Positions 1-10,025 of a stretch of DNA of 64,000 nt are shown in pieces. Under the pieces are notes generated by a model. That model ran no database searches and was not told the origin of the DNA. It was given only the letters and a program-made list of their open reading frames with translations. The stretch covers positions 8,645-72,644 of the forward strand of contig PCYM01000010.1 in NCBI GenBank assembly GCA_002774875.1, in the 5' to 3' direction. The stretch's first letter is position 1; each line of letters begins with the position of its first letter. Source of the stretch: Candidatus Uhrbacteria bacterium CG10_big_fil_rev_8_21_14_0_10_50_16 (lineage in GTDB: Bacteria; Patescibacteriota; Patescibacteriia; UBA9934; UBA11717). Position numbers and translations under genes: made by a program.

Positions 1-850
1 CTCCACCAAGTGGATCGAGTGTTTGTATGCGGACGTTGAGGTCTTTAATGAATGACTGTAGAACGTTGTCGGACAATTGTGGCTCCTTGTAAAGCGTATC
101 TATATTGTACACGTTTATGGCCTGCTGTAGAGCAGCTAGTTGCTGTGGTGAAGGTTCGCGGCCAGGCGAGGGCTCCACGGTCGCGCGAATAATAAATCCA
201 TATTCCTGGGCAAAATACGTAAAACTTTCGTGAAACGTTACCATGTCGTGCTGCGTGGCAGTGTCGGTCCGTGTACGGATATCTGCATCGAGTTGCGAGA
301 GTTCTGCAAGGTAGAGATCTGCGTTTGATCGGTAAATCGCGCTGTTTAGAGGGTCTAGTGCGGAAAATTCCTCCACGAGCTGATTAACCATCGCACTCGC
401 GTTTGGAACGCTCAACCAGTAATGCGGATCACAAGGTTGATCAGACTCGTCAGGTGCGTCGGAAGCGCGAATGGAAGGTGGCTCTTGACCGCATAAGAGC
501 GAAACTTGCTTGTCGAGCGCAATAAAAGGGGCTCCAGAAATTGAGGCAACGCCGTCCGCCCACGAATCAAGCCCATGACCAATGCCAAAGATCGCCGAAA
601 TATTGGTGAGTTGAATCGCCTTTGCAGGCGTAAGGTCAAACGTGTGAGGGGAAGCACCGGGTGTGAGAATGAGCTGTACATCCACGAGATCCCCTCCGAC
701 GTACTGCGCAAAATCTGCTACGGGAGCAATCGTTGCGGCAACATGCAAACGACCTGTATCTGTTGGAGCTATACGCGCCGATAAAAACCCTGTCAAAATT
801 AAGAAGAGGAGGGAGGAGAGGATGATAAGTAATAACGTGATGTTCTTCAT
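1..850 (-). CDS. ZnuA/TroA-family metal ABC transporter substrate-binding protein (3' end runs off the window)
   Basis: Own translation of the minus strand from ATG (complement of 848-850) is open to position 2. Signal peptide MKNITLLLIILSSLLF. Motifs DPHYWL and HESFTYFAQEYG are typical of the TroA/ZnuA cluster-9 SBP family. Not in the ORF track because it is truncated by the window edge. Confidence 0.7.
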   Translation of the reverse strand, partial: MKNITLLLIILSSLLFLILTGFLSARIAPTDTGRLHVAATIAPVADFAQYVGGDLVDVQLILTPGASPHTFDLTPAKAIQLTNISAIFGIGHGLDSWADGVASISGAPFIALDKQVSLLCGQEPPSIRASDAPDESDQPCDPHYWLSVPNASAMVNQLVEEFSALDPLNSAIYRSNADLYLAELSQLDADIRTRTDTATQHDMVTFHESFTYFAQEYGFIIRATVEPSPGREPSPQQLAALQQAINVYNIDTLYKEPQLSDNVLQSFIKDLNVRIQTLDPLGG

Positions 851-905
851 ATTCTTTCTGCGAATCATTTGCATTATAGCACATGAGGTTATTTCATGGG
901 CTCTG

Positions 906-1000
906 CCTTTCAAAACACACGTGTTCTCGGGTTGCGAAAGATTAGATCAGATCAAGAGCAATGACGACGGGATGCTCAAAAACATCCTCAAAGGATTTAT
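906..1000 (+). repeat. Repeated intergenic element B, copy 1 (CTTTCAAAACACACGTGTTCT core; about 70% identical to 35584-35680)
   Basis: First 21 nt identical to the copy at 35584. A downstream hairpin is conserved with compensatory changes: GGATG-ctcaaaaac-CATCC here versus GATGAT-caacaac-ATCAT in copy 2. Confidence 0.45.
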
Positions 1001-1039
1001 GTTTAACTATCTATGGTCGTGAGAAAATAACCCTAAACC

Positions 1040-1072
1040 AAAAACCCACGTGTGCGGGTTTTTGCAGAGGTA
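1040..1072. terminator. Bidirectional rho-independent terminator (AAAACCC-acgtgtgc-GGGTTTTT)
   Basis: Stem-loop flanked by an A-run and a T-run, immediately downstream of the minus-strand RNase J gene. Confidence 0.5.
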
Positions 1073-1078
1073 CGTGTC

Positions 1079-2998
1079 TTACACGCGAATGACCACGGGT
1101 AAAATCATTGGACGTCGCTCTGTTTTCTTGAGAACAAATTGTCCAATCTGATTCCGAATACTTTCGCGAATGTAATCGTCATCGGCACCACCTGTAGTTG
1201 CCTTTTTCTGCAACGCGAGCTCGACGCCTTTCTTGATTCCCGTAATGAGCTCCTGATTATCCTTCATATGAACAAATCCACGTGAGATGACATCTGGTGA
1301 TCCAACAAGGTTTCCCGTTTTTCCATCGACCTGCGTAACAATCACGATCATTCCGTCTGCGGCTAACTCGTTTCGGTCGCGCAGTACGACGTCGCTCACA
1401 TCACCCACGCCAATACCATCCACAAACACATAGTCCGTTGGAGCTTTCTCTTTGCGTAAAAATCCTTGGTTTCCCTTAAACTCCATGATTTGTCCGTTGT
1501 CGCCAACGAACACATGCTCTTTGTCCCATCCAAGTGAATAGGCAATCTTGGCGTTTTCCTTGAGAAGGAAGTGGTTTCCCTCAATTGGAACGTAGTAGGC
1601 AGGCTTAAAGAGGGAGATCATGAGTTTGATGTCCTCCTGATGCCCATGTCCGCTTGCGTGCACATCCATCATTTTATAGCTGATGACGTCCGCACCTTGT
1701 CGATAAAGCGTGTCTGTAAGACGTTGAACGGATCCTTCGTTACCAGGCACAACGGAGGAGGAGAAGATAACAAGGTCACCCTCATGTAAACTCACAAATC
1801 GGTGTTCGCGATTGGCAATACGCATAAGCGCCGCGTTGGACTCACCTTGCGCGCCCGTACACATAATAATTACCTTGTTGTCCGGGTAACGATTAACCTG
1901 GTCTACTTTAATGATCGTGCTTGATTTACATTTGATGTACCCAAGCTCTCGTGCAATTTCCACGTTTGATTTCATGGAGAATCCGTCCACGGCTACGACG
2001 CGTCCGGTACGCTCGGCGATTTCGATCACCTGTCGTACGCGTGAGAGAAGGGAAGCAAACGTTCCAACGACAATGCGTCCTGGAGCCTTCTCGATGATAT
2101 GCTCCAATTCTTCACCAACGACTTTTTCGGAAATGGTGTGACCGGGGGATTTTGCATTTGTAGAATCTCCCATCAACACATCAACGCCCTGGCTTCCAAT
2201 GAGCGCCATACGTTGAAAGTCTGCAGGAGGTGTTCCCACGGGGTGAAAGTCAAACTTCCAGTCGCCCGTATGAATAAGACGCGTTGTTGGCGTCTCAACG
2301 AGGATACCAGCCGAATCAGGAATGTTGTGATTGATATGAAACAGAGAAACCTTGAACTTTCCAAGGGTCACGGAATCGTTCATCTTAAGATCCTGCATCT
2401 TGAGCGGAGCGGTTTTAAAATCCTCTTGTCGCTTGCGAATAATCGCGTTTGTAATTGGAAGGCCGTAGATAGGGGGGTTTCCAATTTTTGGAACGATATG
2501 AGGGATGCCACCGATGTGGTCGTAATGACCATGGGTAACAATCACGCCCTTTACGTGCTTTTCCTTTCCGCGAAGGTAGGAAATATTTGGAATGATGTAA
2601 TCGATTCCAGGCATGTCTTCCTCGGGAAATTGTAAACCAAGGTCAATGAGAATAATGTCATTGCCGTATTCGAGAAGCGTACAGTTACGTCCTACTTCTT
2701 CAAGTCCTCCCAAAACCATCACACGCAATACGCCTTCGGCGGGTGGTTTGATGTCTTTTGGGTGCACAACAAATGTCTCGTTGGTACTTGAATGCATTTT
2801 TTTTGGCGCGCCTCGTTGTCCGCCTGAGCGAGCTGGAGGTCGTGCACTCTGTCCTCCGTGCCGAGCTGGAGGGCGATTTCCATGGTGTGGTCGATGTGCA
2901 CTTTGAGGTGCTGACCGACGCACAGCAGGTGTTTGTCCCACGTCTGCCGTTTTAGGAACGGCAGGAGATGGACGGCGTGTTTGCCGCTTTTGTATCAT
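1079..2998 (-). CDS. rnj: Ribonuclease J (metallo-beta-lactamase / beta-CASP RNase) with an Arg/Pro-rich N-terminal extension
   Basis: THGHYDHIGG HxHxDH motif, beta-CASP region and RNase J-like length. The first ~67 aa are low-complexity R/P/G-rich. An alternative start at M68 (coordinate 2797, MHSSTNETFVVHPK) is possible. Confidence 0.88.
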   Translation of the reverse strand: MIQKRQTRRPSPAVPKTADVGQTPAVRRSAPQSAHRPHHGNRPPARHGGQSARPPARSGGQRGAPKKMHSSTNETFVVHPKDIKPPAEGVLRVMVLGGLEEVGRNCTLLEYGNDIILIDLGLQFPEEDMPGIDYIIPNISYLRGKEKHVKGVIVTHGHYDHIGGIPHIVPKIGNPPIYGLPITNAIIRKRQEDFKTAPLKMQDLKMNDSVTLGKFKVSLFHINHNIPDSAGILVETPTTRLIHTGDWKFDFHPVGTPPADFQRMALIGSQGVDVLMGDSTNAKSPGHTISEKVVGEELEHIIEKAPGRIVVGTFASLLSRVRQVIEIAERTGRVVAVDGFSMKSNVEIARELGYIKCKSSTIIKVDQVNRYPDNKVIIMCTGAQGESNAALMRIANREHRFVSLHEGDLVIFSSSVVPGNEGSVQRLTDTLYRQGADVISYKMMDVHASGHGHQEDIKLMISLFKPAYYVPIEGNHFLLKENAKIAYSLGWDKEHVFVGDNGQIMEFKGNQGFLRKEKAPTDYVFVDGIGVGDVSDVVLRDRNELAADGMIVIVTQVDGKTGNLVGSPDVISRGFVHMKDNQELITGIKKGVELALQKKATTGGADDDYIRESIRNQIGQFVLKKTERRPMILPVVIRV

Positions 2999-3137
2999 AG
3001 GTATAACAGTTGTCTACACCAAAACGCATGTCTTGGTGTGAATTAGTAAGTGAATGTCGTGACGTCGTCACGGATCATTCCTCGTAGTTCGAGAGACTCG
3101 AACAACAGGGAATAATCCATCTGTAAATTTTGTGGTT

Positions 3138-3163
3138 TACCACGTCATTCGCGAACGACGTGG
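3138..3163. repeat. About 24-nt palindromic element fused to the tRNA-Leu CCA end (CCACGTCATTCGCGAACGACGTGG)
   Basis: Near-perfect palindrome starting with the CCA of the adjacent tRNA. A second copy lies at 15099-15122. Confidence 0.5.
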
Positions 3164-3246
3164 TGGGCAAGGGGAGATTCGAACTCCCACAAACTTGCGT
3201 TTACTACGCCCTGAACGTAGCGCGTCTACCATTCCGCCACTTGCCC
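3161..3246 (-). tRNA. tRNA-Leu (anticodon CAG)
   Basis: Manual fold of the reverse complement: acceptor GGGCAAG/CTTGCCC, anticodon loop TTCAGGG, long variable arm, T-arm GGGAGTTCGAATCTCCC, encoded CCA. Confidence 0.85.
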
Positions 3247-3261
3247 GTACCGATCAATCAA

Positions 3262-5061
3262 CTAAAATGCAAGAAAGGTAAACCGTTTCTTGGTCTTAAT
3301 ATACCAGGACTGCACACGACCAAAGCGATCCGATGGGACCACGATGGTTTCCAATTCAATACCATGAATCTTGTTGGCTGTCACGTAGGTATAGGTTGGC
3401 TGATAGAGGAAGATCGCTGGGATGACATCGTTCACCTGATCGGCGAAAGAGGCATAGGCCGTTCGTCGTTCGTCGATATCTGTCGTTGTTCGTGCGGCTT
3501 CAATAAATCCATCTGCGTCTCGATTTGCAAACTGAGACAAATTCAACCCTGGTGCTGCGATCTGTGAGCTATGCCAAAACGGATACGGATCGGGATCCCC
3601 GCCCATAAGAATTCCGGACAGAAGAATAGAGTAATCGCGGTTCTTTAAGGTGTTATCTCTAAAATCCGTTGGACTTTTTACCTCTACGTTTACCTCGACT
3701 TCAACCTCGCGCCACATGTCGGCTATTCGATTTGCAACACTCACGGTCTCTGGTTGATCAACTGTCGTGATAGTGAACGTAAGATTTTCTCCGTTCTTAT
3801 CTGTACGAATAGTGTCACCTTCCTTTACGCTCCAGCCAAGATTATCGAGACTCGTACGTGCTACGGATTGGTCAAAAGGCGTTGGATTTCCATAAACGGT
3901 TGAATCGTTGTGATAGGAACTTAGAACAGGGGAGTGTGTGACTGCTGCTTGATTTTGTAAGATCTCTTTTACTAGAACATCCTTATTCACTGCAGATCCA
4001 AGAGCGAGACGCATATTCTTGTTGCTCACGTCGTCGTTCTTGAGGTTAAAGAAGAGCGCAGTAATTTGCGGCAAACTAGGTGTGACGACCTGGCCATTAA
4101 GCTTTGAAAGTTGGTCCTTGGGAGCAAAGGCGATTCCTTCCACGCGTTTGCTGTTGAGCGCCTCAATCGCGGCTGCAGTATCTGGGTAAAATTTAAAAGC
4201 GATTGTATCGATGTTTGGAACGCCCGCGTAATAACCGGTAAAGCGTTGCAATTGATAGCTCTTAATGACACCCAATTTATCTTTTTCCAGTTTGTCGAAT
4301 TTATAGGGCCCACTTCCAATAGGAATGAGGTTACGTTCTGCAAGACGCATTGTGCCAGGGTCTAGCTCACCCCAATAATCGGCCGGTAAAATACCAACAC
4401 CAAGCGTCGACAAAAAAGGCGCAAATGGTTCATCGAGTGTAAAGGAGACGGTGCGCTCATTCACTTGTTCAATAGAAACACCACGATACGTTCCGCTTAA
4501 CGGGCTACCGTAGTTTGGGTTTTGGATGGTGTGAAATGTAAAGATAATGTCTCGTGGCGTAACGGACGTTCCGTCGTGCCACAGGGCGTCACTGCGCAGG
4601 GAAAACGTATAGACAAGTTCATCATCACTCACCGTATAGGACTCTGCGAGATCGGGGATGAGTCCTGCTTGCGGATCCCATTTCATGAGACCTGAGTACA
4701 CAAAGCGCGCGATATCGGCATCGACATCGTTTGCGGGAGCGTAAATTGGGTTGATGAATTGCGGGGAACCAATAAGACCTTCCGTGTAACTTCCGCCATG
4801 TGCGGGAACAACTACGAGGTGTGTGTTATAACCCCACACAAAGAGAAATACAAAAGATAATACGGCGACAGCTACTGCGGTCCAAAATGTTGGACGTTCA
4901 CGTTTGCTGATGAGTCGTGGAAGGTGGGCCAACTGGGCGAGAGTTGGGAAACGCGATCCCTTCTTGAGTGAGCGAAAGAATTGCTTTTGCTTTTCAGAAT
5001 GACCAGAAGAAACCGGACCCGATTTTGGTGACCGGAACAGATTCATGTGTTTAGAAAACAA
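3262..5061 (-). CDS. ABC transporter substrate-binding protein, family 5 (oligopeptide/nickel type), N-terminal membrane anchor
   Basis: 599 aa with one N-terminal TM helix, then an SBP_bac_5-like domain (length and overall organisation). Confidence 0.65.
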   Translation of the reverse strand: MFSKHMNLFRSPKSGPVSSGHSEKQKQFFRSLKKGSRFPTLAQLAHLPRLISKRERPTFWTAVAVAVLSFVFLFVWGYNTHLVVVPAHGGSYTEGLIGSPQFINPIYAPANDVDADIARFVYSGLMKWDPQAGLIPDLAESYTVSDDELVYTFSLRSDALWHDGTSVTPRDIIFTFHTIQNPNYGSPLSGTYRGVSIEQVNERTVSFTLDEPFAPFLSTLGVGILPADYWGELDPGTMRLAERNLIPIGSGPYKFDKLEKDKLGVIKSYQLQRFTGYYAGVPNIDTIAFKFYPDTAAAIEALNSKRVEGIAFAPKDQLSKLNGQVVTPSLPQITALFFNLKNDDVSNKNMRLALGSAVNKDVLVKEILQNQAAVTHSPVLSSYHNDSTVYGNPTPFDQSVARTSLDNLGWSVKEGDTIRTDKNGENLTFTITTVDQPETVSVANRIADMWREVEVEVNVEVKSPTDFRDNTLKNRDYSILLSGILMGGDPDPYPFWHSSQIAAPGLNLSQFANRDADGFIEAARTTTDIDERRTAYASFADQVNDVIPAIFLYQPTYTYVTANKIHGIELETIVVPSDRFGRVQSWYIKTKKRFTFLAF

Positions 5062-5275
5062 TCACGCGAAGGAGTGAAAGACCAAAAAACAAGATTCCAA
5101 GGACAATTGTTGCATTATAGAGCACTTTTTCTGCACCGCGTTTTGTGGTGAAAACCGTGCTATCCCCTCCAAAACCTGCGCCTAATCCTGCTCCACGCTG
5201 CTGTAAGAGAACTGAGAGCATCAGGAGAACGGCGAGAACGATCTGTAGAACGTTTAAGGCTGTAGTCATATTCAT
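5051..5275 (-). CDS. secG: Preprotein translocase subunit SecG
   Basis: 74 aa with two hydrophobic helices and a Gly-rich GAGLGAGFGG segment, typical of SecG. Confidence 0.7.
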   Translation of the reverse strand: MNMTTALNVLQIVLAVLLMLSVLLQQRGAGLGAGFGGDSTVFTTKRGAEKVLYNATIVLGILFFGLSLLRVIVF

Positions 5276-5328
5276 ACGTAGGGCAAGTCTGCCTTATTTG
5301 GGGTTTTTTGTCAACTTTTCTTCGTGCG

Positions 5329-6132
5329 TTATGACTGATTTACCGTGTGTGCCTCAATGAACCGATTGAGGAGCTGTAAAAAGACCGATTCAGGGATGGC
5401 TCCCTCAATGGGGGCGCCGTTAAGGAAAAACGTTGGCGTTCCACGGACACCAGCTTTGATTCCTGCCTGACGGTCTTCTTCGACCTCTGGGGAATAGCGG
5501 TGACTCTCGAGACACGTGTTAAAGAGGGTTGTATCGAGTCCAAGTTCCTGCGCATAGCGTTCAAGACTGTCCTGCGAGAGATCTGACTGGTTGATATAGA
5601 CCTTGTCGTGATAATCAAAGAAGCGATTTTGTTCTTGTGCGCATTCTCCGGCCTCGGCAGCAAGATCCGCACCCGGGTGGAGGCTCACGATTGGAAAATC
5701 ACGGTACACATAGCGCACAAGATTCGTGTGATTTGCAATCGCTCGTACAATATAACTTGCCTCTCGTGAGTAGGGGCACCCAAAATCGGCGAATTCTACT
5801 ATGGTTAAGAGTGCTTTGTTTGCGGGTGCGCCAAGGTTGGGATCGTCTAAGGTGGCGAGGGTAAGTGCATCAACGGAGTCAATCCCAATCGGTGCCCCAA
5901 GTGAGGAATCCACGGTGAGTGATTGAACAAAACTCGTGGGAATATCAGCCGTGCCGCGCACGATGCCAACGTAAAAAAAGACGATGCGCCAGACAAAGAT
6001 CAAAAAAACCACAAGCAACAGTCCACCTCCCACAAGTGCCGCCACGCTTCTTGGGCGTTGAGTGGGTTGTTGTACGACGGGTTCTTGAGCGTCGTTTAGA
6101 ATGTTGTTTGGAACACCTCCTTCTAATCGCAT
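5329..6132 (-). CDS. DsbA-like thiol:disulfide oxidoreductase (thioredoxin fold, CPYS active site variant), membrane anchored
   Basis: N-terminal TM helix. FADFGCPYS active-site region plus a C-terminal ...FFDYHDKVY...GTPTFFLNG DsbA-like signature. Confidence 0.7.
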   Translation of the reverse strand: MRLEGGVPNNILNDAQEPVVQQPTQRPRSVAALVGGGLLLVVFLIFVWRIVFFYVGIVRGTADIPTSFVQSLTVDSSLGAPIGIDSVDALTLATLDDPNLGAPANKALLTIVEFADFGCPYSREASYIVRAIANHTNLVRYVYRDFPIVSLHPGADLAAEAGECAQEQNRFFDYHDKVYINQSDLSQDSLERYAQELGLDTTLFNTCLESHRYSPEVEEDRQAGIKAGVRGTPTFFLNGAPIEGAIPESVFLQLLNRFIEAHTVNQS

Positions 6133-6301
6133 AGTTCTTAGAGTATAGCAGATTTTGTATGAGTATGAAGGAGAATGTGCGTATTGAGCGCATAGAGGTA
6201 GTTTGATCTGATTTTTTCACTGCACATGATCGAGTATTGACAGAAAGGCACTTTTATGATTGAATGCGTACACTCACGCGGAGTGAGAGAAGGAGGCGAG
6301 G

Positions 6302-6790
6302 ATGACTCGGAGAACAGCTGAGCAACTGGCGTTTCACGTCAAGTTGCTGCAGGATCACGGCTACACCGTGATCCCGCCGCGGGCCCAGGGTGAAGGTGAG
6401 TTCAGCCAGGAGGAACTAGAGGCGATGGCCATTGCGCTTCTCGTGGCGCGTCAGCCGGGTGAGGGGCTCATGCAGGACCTGCTTGGCTGGCAGAAGATGA
6501 ACGGTTACCGCACGCGGATTCTCAAGCATCTGCCGGGACTGTTCTACCGAACTCAGGCAGAGAGGTATCGAACTCCAGGGCAGAGGGACAACTACGAGTA
6601 CTTCTGGGAGGTGTTGGTGCATCGCACGCGAGAGGACGTGCTTGGACTGAAACAGGTGGGCATTGGATCGGCGAACGAGTTCTTCAGTACGCTCGCCAAG
6701 CTGGGCATGTCCATGCGCATGCCCGAGAACCATCCGCTTATCCGCGAGGCAAGAGCGAGACTGGCGGAGAGGGCGTGCGAGCGCTCCTGA
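6302..6790 (+). CDS. Hypothetical protein encoded in a high-GC island
   Basis: Strong RBS GAAGGAGG 7 nt upstream of the ATG. About 60% GC versus about 49% for neighbours. No recognisable motif. Confidence 0.5.
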   Translation: MTRRTAEQLAFHVKLLQDHGYTVIPPRAQGEGEFSQEELEAMAIALLVARQPGEGLMQDLLGWQKMNGYRTRILKHLPGLFYRTQAERYRTPGQRDNYEYFWEVLVHRTREDVLGLKQVGIGSANEFFSTLAKLGMSMRMPENHPLIREARARLAERACERS

Positions 6791-6849
6791 GCCGCGATCT
6801 GGGCCCGAAGAACAACGCTTCGGTCTCCAGATCGCGGCGTTGTGTTTTT
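6791..6849 (+). terminator. Rho-independent terminator (12-bp stem GCCGCGATCTGG/CCAGATCGCGGC plus T-run)
   Basis: Long GC stem followed by TTGTGTTTTT directly after the stop at 6790. Confidence 0.55.
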
Positions 6850-6999
6850 AAAACGTCTCCCAAAACCCTCATAACTTGACAACCGTCTTTTTTTCTGATT
6901 TTGACCTGAGAGCGAGACACTTGACCGTTGTCAAAATGCATGGTAGCCTCGCAGCACTTTCTGTCTGAACCATTTTTGTTGGGACATAACCGTATCGCT

Positions 7000-9933
7000 A
7001 TGCAAGATGTTATCCGCGTTCGCGGCGCACGCGTACACAACCTTAAAAACGTGAATGTCGAGATTCCAAAGGGAAAATTCACGGTCATCACAGGACTTTC
7101 TGGTTCCGGTAAATCCTCGCTCGCATTTGACACGATTTATGCAGAGGGACAGCGCCGTTACATGGAAAGTCTTTCTTCGTACGCACGCCAGTTTTTGGAA
7201 ATGCAGGATAAACCCGATGTGGATGAGATGAGCGGTTTGTCGCCGACGATTGCGATTGATCAAAAAACCGCCTCTACTAATCCACGTTCAACCGTTGGAA
7301 CCGTGACGGAAATTTATGATTCCCTGCGTGTCTTGTACGCGCGTGCAGGCCAGGCGCATTGTCCTGAGACGGGAGAACCTGTCACGGAGCAGACGCCAGA
7401 TCAAATGCTTGCAACAATCGTGGCAGCCGTTGCAGAGACGGATGCGTTTGTGTTGGCACCTGTGGTCAAGCAGCAACGGGGAGAGCATAAGCAGGCCATT
7501 GTCGCGGCGGAGGCAGCAGGTTATAAGAGTGCACGTTATGATGGGCTCCTGATGGATATCGAGGAGCTGACGGACATGCGCAAGGATAAAAAGAAGGTGC
7601 ACGACATAGATGTGGTGGTAGAACGTTACTCGCAAGGCCAAGAGTTGGATCGCGCGACGGTTTTGGAAACAATTAAAAAGACCCTGGACCTTGGAAACGG
7701 TGTCATGCTCCTGATGCGAGACGATACCGGGGAAGATGTGACGTTGAGTGAAGGAATGTTCTGTGCGGCGTCCGGGATCTCTATCCCAACGTTGGAGCCA
7801 AATATGTTTAGCTTTAACTCACCCCACGGAGCCTGTCCTGAATGTATGGGTCTTGGGGTAAAACTTGTTTTGGAGTCAGATTTGGTGATTCCAAATAAGC
7901 GTTTAACGCTTGCAGAAGGTGCGGTAAAACCTTGGAGCCGTATTGCAGGAAACTCCACATCCTACTTAGCCCTGTTAGAAGCGGTTGGTGCCAAGTATAA
8001 GTTTGATGTACATACGCCCCTCAACAAATTGTCTGAATCAAAATTACGGTTGATTCTTAAGGGATCGGCTGGAGAAACCTACACGGTGCAAGGGAAAACC
8101 ATGATATTCCCTGGTGTGCTGGGTATGTTGGAATCCAAATATCGCGAGACAGATTCTGAATACGTGCGCAAGGAATTGGAAACCTATATGCGTTCCATGA
8201 TTTGCCCAGAGTGTGATGGAAAGCGATTGAATGCTATTAGTCTTGCGGTCACCGTTGCCGGAAAAACGATTGACGCGTTGGTGCGTATTCCTTTGGATGA
8301 GTTGTTGGAATGGTTTGTGCAGGTGGATGTGCAAACACGCGAGGGTGGCAGTGCGTTGACCGAGTTGGAGCAAAAAGTGATTACTAATGTTAAACGCGAG
8401 GTGCTTAAGCGCTTGGAGGATTTGATTAACGTGGGATTGTCGTACCTGACGCTTGATCGATCTGCAGTTACATTGTCTGGCGGAGAGAGCCAGCGCGTGC
8501 GATTAGCTACACAGCTTGGAACCGACCTCACCGGCGTAATTTATATTTTGGATGAGCCTTCCATTGGGCTCCATCAACGTGACAATGATAAGTTGATCGA
8601 TACCATGAAGCGCTTGCGTGATGCCGGCAACACCGTGATTGTGGTGGAGCACGACGAGGCTATGATGCGCGCGGCGGATCATGTGATTGACATTGGACCA
8701 GGCGCGGGCGTCTATGGAGGAGAAGTAATTGCGGTGGGAACGGTGGGTGATTTAGAAAAATGTCCGGAGTCGTTAACGGGCCAGTACATGAGTGGCGCGC
8801 GTTGCATCACTATGCCCGCAAAACGTCGAGCTCTGAGTAAAAAGAATATTCGCATTCAAGGTGCAACGGCAAACAACCTGCAAGATGTGGATGTGTCCAT
8901 TCCGCTTGGTGCGTTGGTGTGTGTGACGGGTGTGTCGGGATCGGGAAAATCCACGTTGATTTTGGATATCTTGGGACGTGCGTTGTCCAAACATTTTTAT
9001 CGTGCCAAGGCGTATCCCGCTGAGCATAAATCGATTAAGGGTGTGGAAAATATTGACAAGGTGGTAACGGTAGATCAATCACCAATTGGTCGTACGCCAC
9101 GCTCTAACCCTGCTACATATACGGGCGTATTTACCACGATTCGTGATGTCTATGCGAGCGTACCAGAGGCAAAGATGCGCGGATACGATGCCGGAAAATT
9201 TAGCTTTAACGTTAAGGGAGGTGGACGATGTGAGACGTGTGGCGGAGATGGTGTGAAACGCATTGAGATGCAGTTTATGCCAGACGTGTACATGGATTGT
9301 CCGGAGTGTCATGGAAAGCGTTATAATGCCGAGGCGCTGGAGATTCATTACAAAGGTGAGACGATCTCTGACGTGCTCAACATGACCGTGGAGGAGGCGC
9401 GTCGATTCTTTACGGCGATCCCTGCGATTTACGACAAGCTCACAGTCCTGCATGAGGTGGGTCTTGGATACGTCAAGCTCGGGCAAAGTGCCACAACACT
9501 CTCGGGAGGTGAGGCACAGCGCGTCAAGCTAGCCACGGAATTATCTCGTCGGGCGACCGGGAAGACGCTGTACATCTTGGATGAGCCAACGACGGGATTA
9601 CACTTTGATGATATTAATCGACTGCTTGGTGTGTTGAATCAACTTGTTGATAAAGGAAACACGGTATTGATTATTGAGCATGACTTGGATGTGGTGCGTG
9701 CGGCCGATTATGTGATTGATATGGGACCGGAGGGCGGGACGCGTGGAGGTTTACTTGTGGCCGAGGGAACGCCGGAAGACATTATGAAGGTCAAAGAAAG
9801 TCTTACGGGAAAGTACCTTAAGGAACTCATTAAGACGCGAGGAGATCAAAAACCAATTGGTGTTGCAAAACCCAAGAGGGCCAAAGCGGCCGTTAAAAAA
9901 TCTGTAGCGGCCAAGAAAAAGAAGGAGCTCTAA
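7000..9933 (+). CDS. uvrA: Excinuclease ABC subunit A (UvrA), with Lys-rich C-terminal tail
   Basis: Two ABC ATPase modules ([14 protein letters not shown] and [10 protein letters not shown] Walker A; LSGGE signature twice). Zn-finger cysteines and N-terminus [17 protein letters not shown]. The ORF track begins at 6928, but the conserved N-terminus begins at ATG 7000. Confidence 0.92.
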   Translation: MQDVIRVRGARVHNLKNVNVEIPKGKFTVITGLSGSGKSSLAFDTIYAEGQRRYMESLSSYARQFLEMQDKPDVDEMSGLSPTIAIDQKTASTNPRSTVGTVTEIYDSLRVLYARAGQAHCPETGEPVTEQTPDQMLATIVAAVAETDAFVLAPVVKQQRGEHKQAIVAAEAAGYKSARYDGLLMDIEELTDMRKDKKKVHDIDVVVERYSQGQELDRATVLETIKKTLDLGNGVMLLMRDDTGEDVTLSEGMFCAASGISIPTLEPNMFSFNSPHGACPECMGLGVKLVLESDLVIPNKRLTLAEGAVKPWSRIAGNSTSYLALLEAVGAKYKFDVHTPLNKLSESKLRLILKGSAGETYTVQGKTMIFPGVLGMLESKYRETDSEYVRKELETYMRSMICPECDGKRLNAISLAVTVAGKTIDALVRIPLDELLEWFVQVDVQTREGGSALTELEQKVITNVKREVLKRLEDLINVGLSYLTLDRSAVTLSGGESQRVRLATQLGTDLTGVIYILDEPSIGLHQRDNDKLIDTMKRLRDAGNTVIVVEHDEAMMRAADHVIDIGPGAGVYGGEVIAVGTVGDLEKCPESLTGQYMSGARCITMPAKRRALSKKNIRIQGATANNLQDVDVSIPLGALVCVTGVSGSGKSTLILDILGRALSKHFYRAKAYPAEHKSIKGVENIDKVVTVDQSPIGRTPRSNPATYTGVFTTIRDVYASVPEAKMRGYDAGKFSFNVKGGGRCETCGGDGVKRIEMQFMPDVYMDCPECHGKRYNAEALEIHYKGETISDVLNMTVEEARRFFTAIPAIYDKLTVLHEVGLGYVKLGQSATTLSGGEAQRVKLATELSRRATGKTLYILDEPTTGLHFDDINRLLGVLNQLVDKGNTVLIIEHDLDVVRAADYVIDMGPEGGTRGGLLVAEGTPEDIMKVKESLTGKYLKELIKTRGDQKPIGVAKPKRAKAAVKKSVAAKKKKEL

Positions 9934-10025
9934 AGCTTCTTTTTTCTTGACAGACTTGGGTTTTGGTGACACTGTTTTATACACAAGGAGGCAATAAGTG
10001 GATACGAATTGTGAACATAACGAAT

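Noticed and set aside
3130-3567. Plus-strand ORFs containing the peptide motif SFANDVVG (3130-3567, 14888-15148, 15066-15362)
   Set aside because: They are read-through translations of the palindromic tRNA-associated element and overlap tRNA genes. The repeated peptide is an artefact of the repeated DNA.
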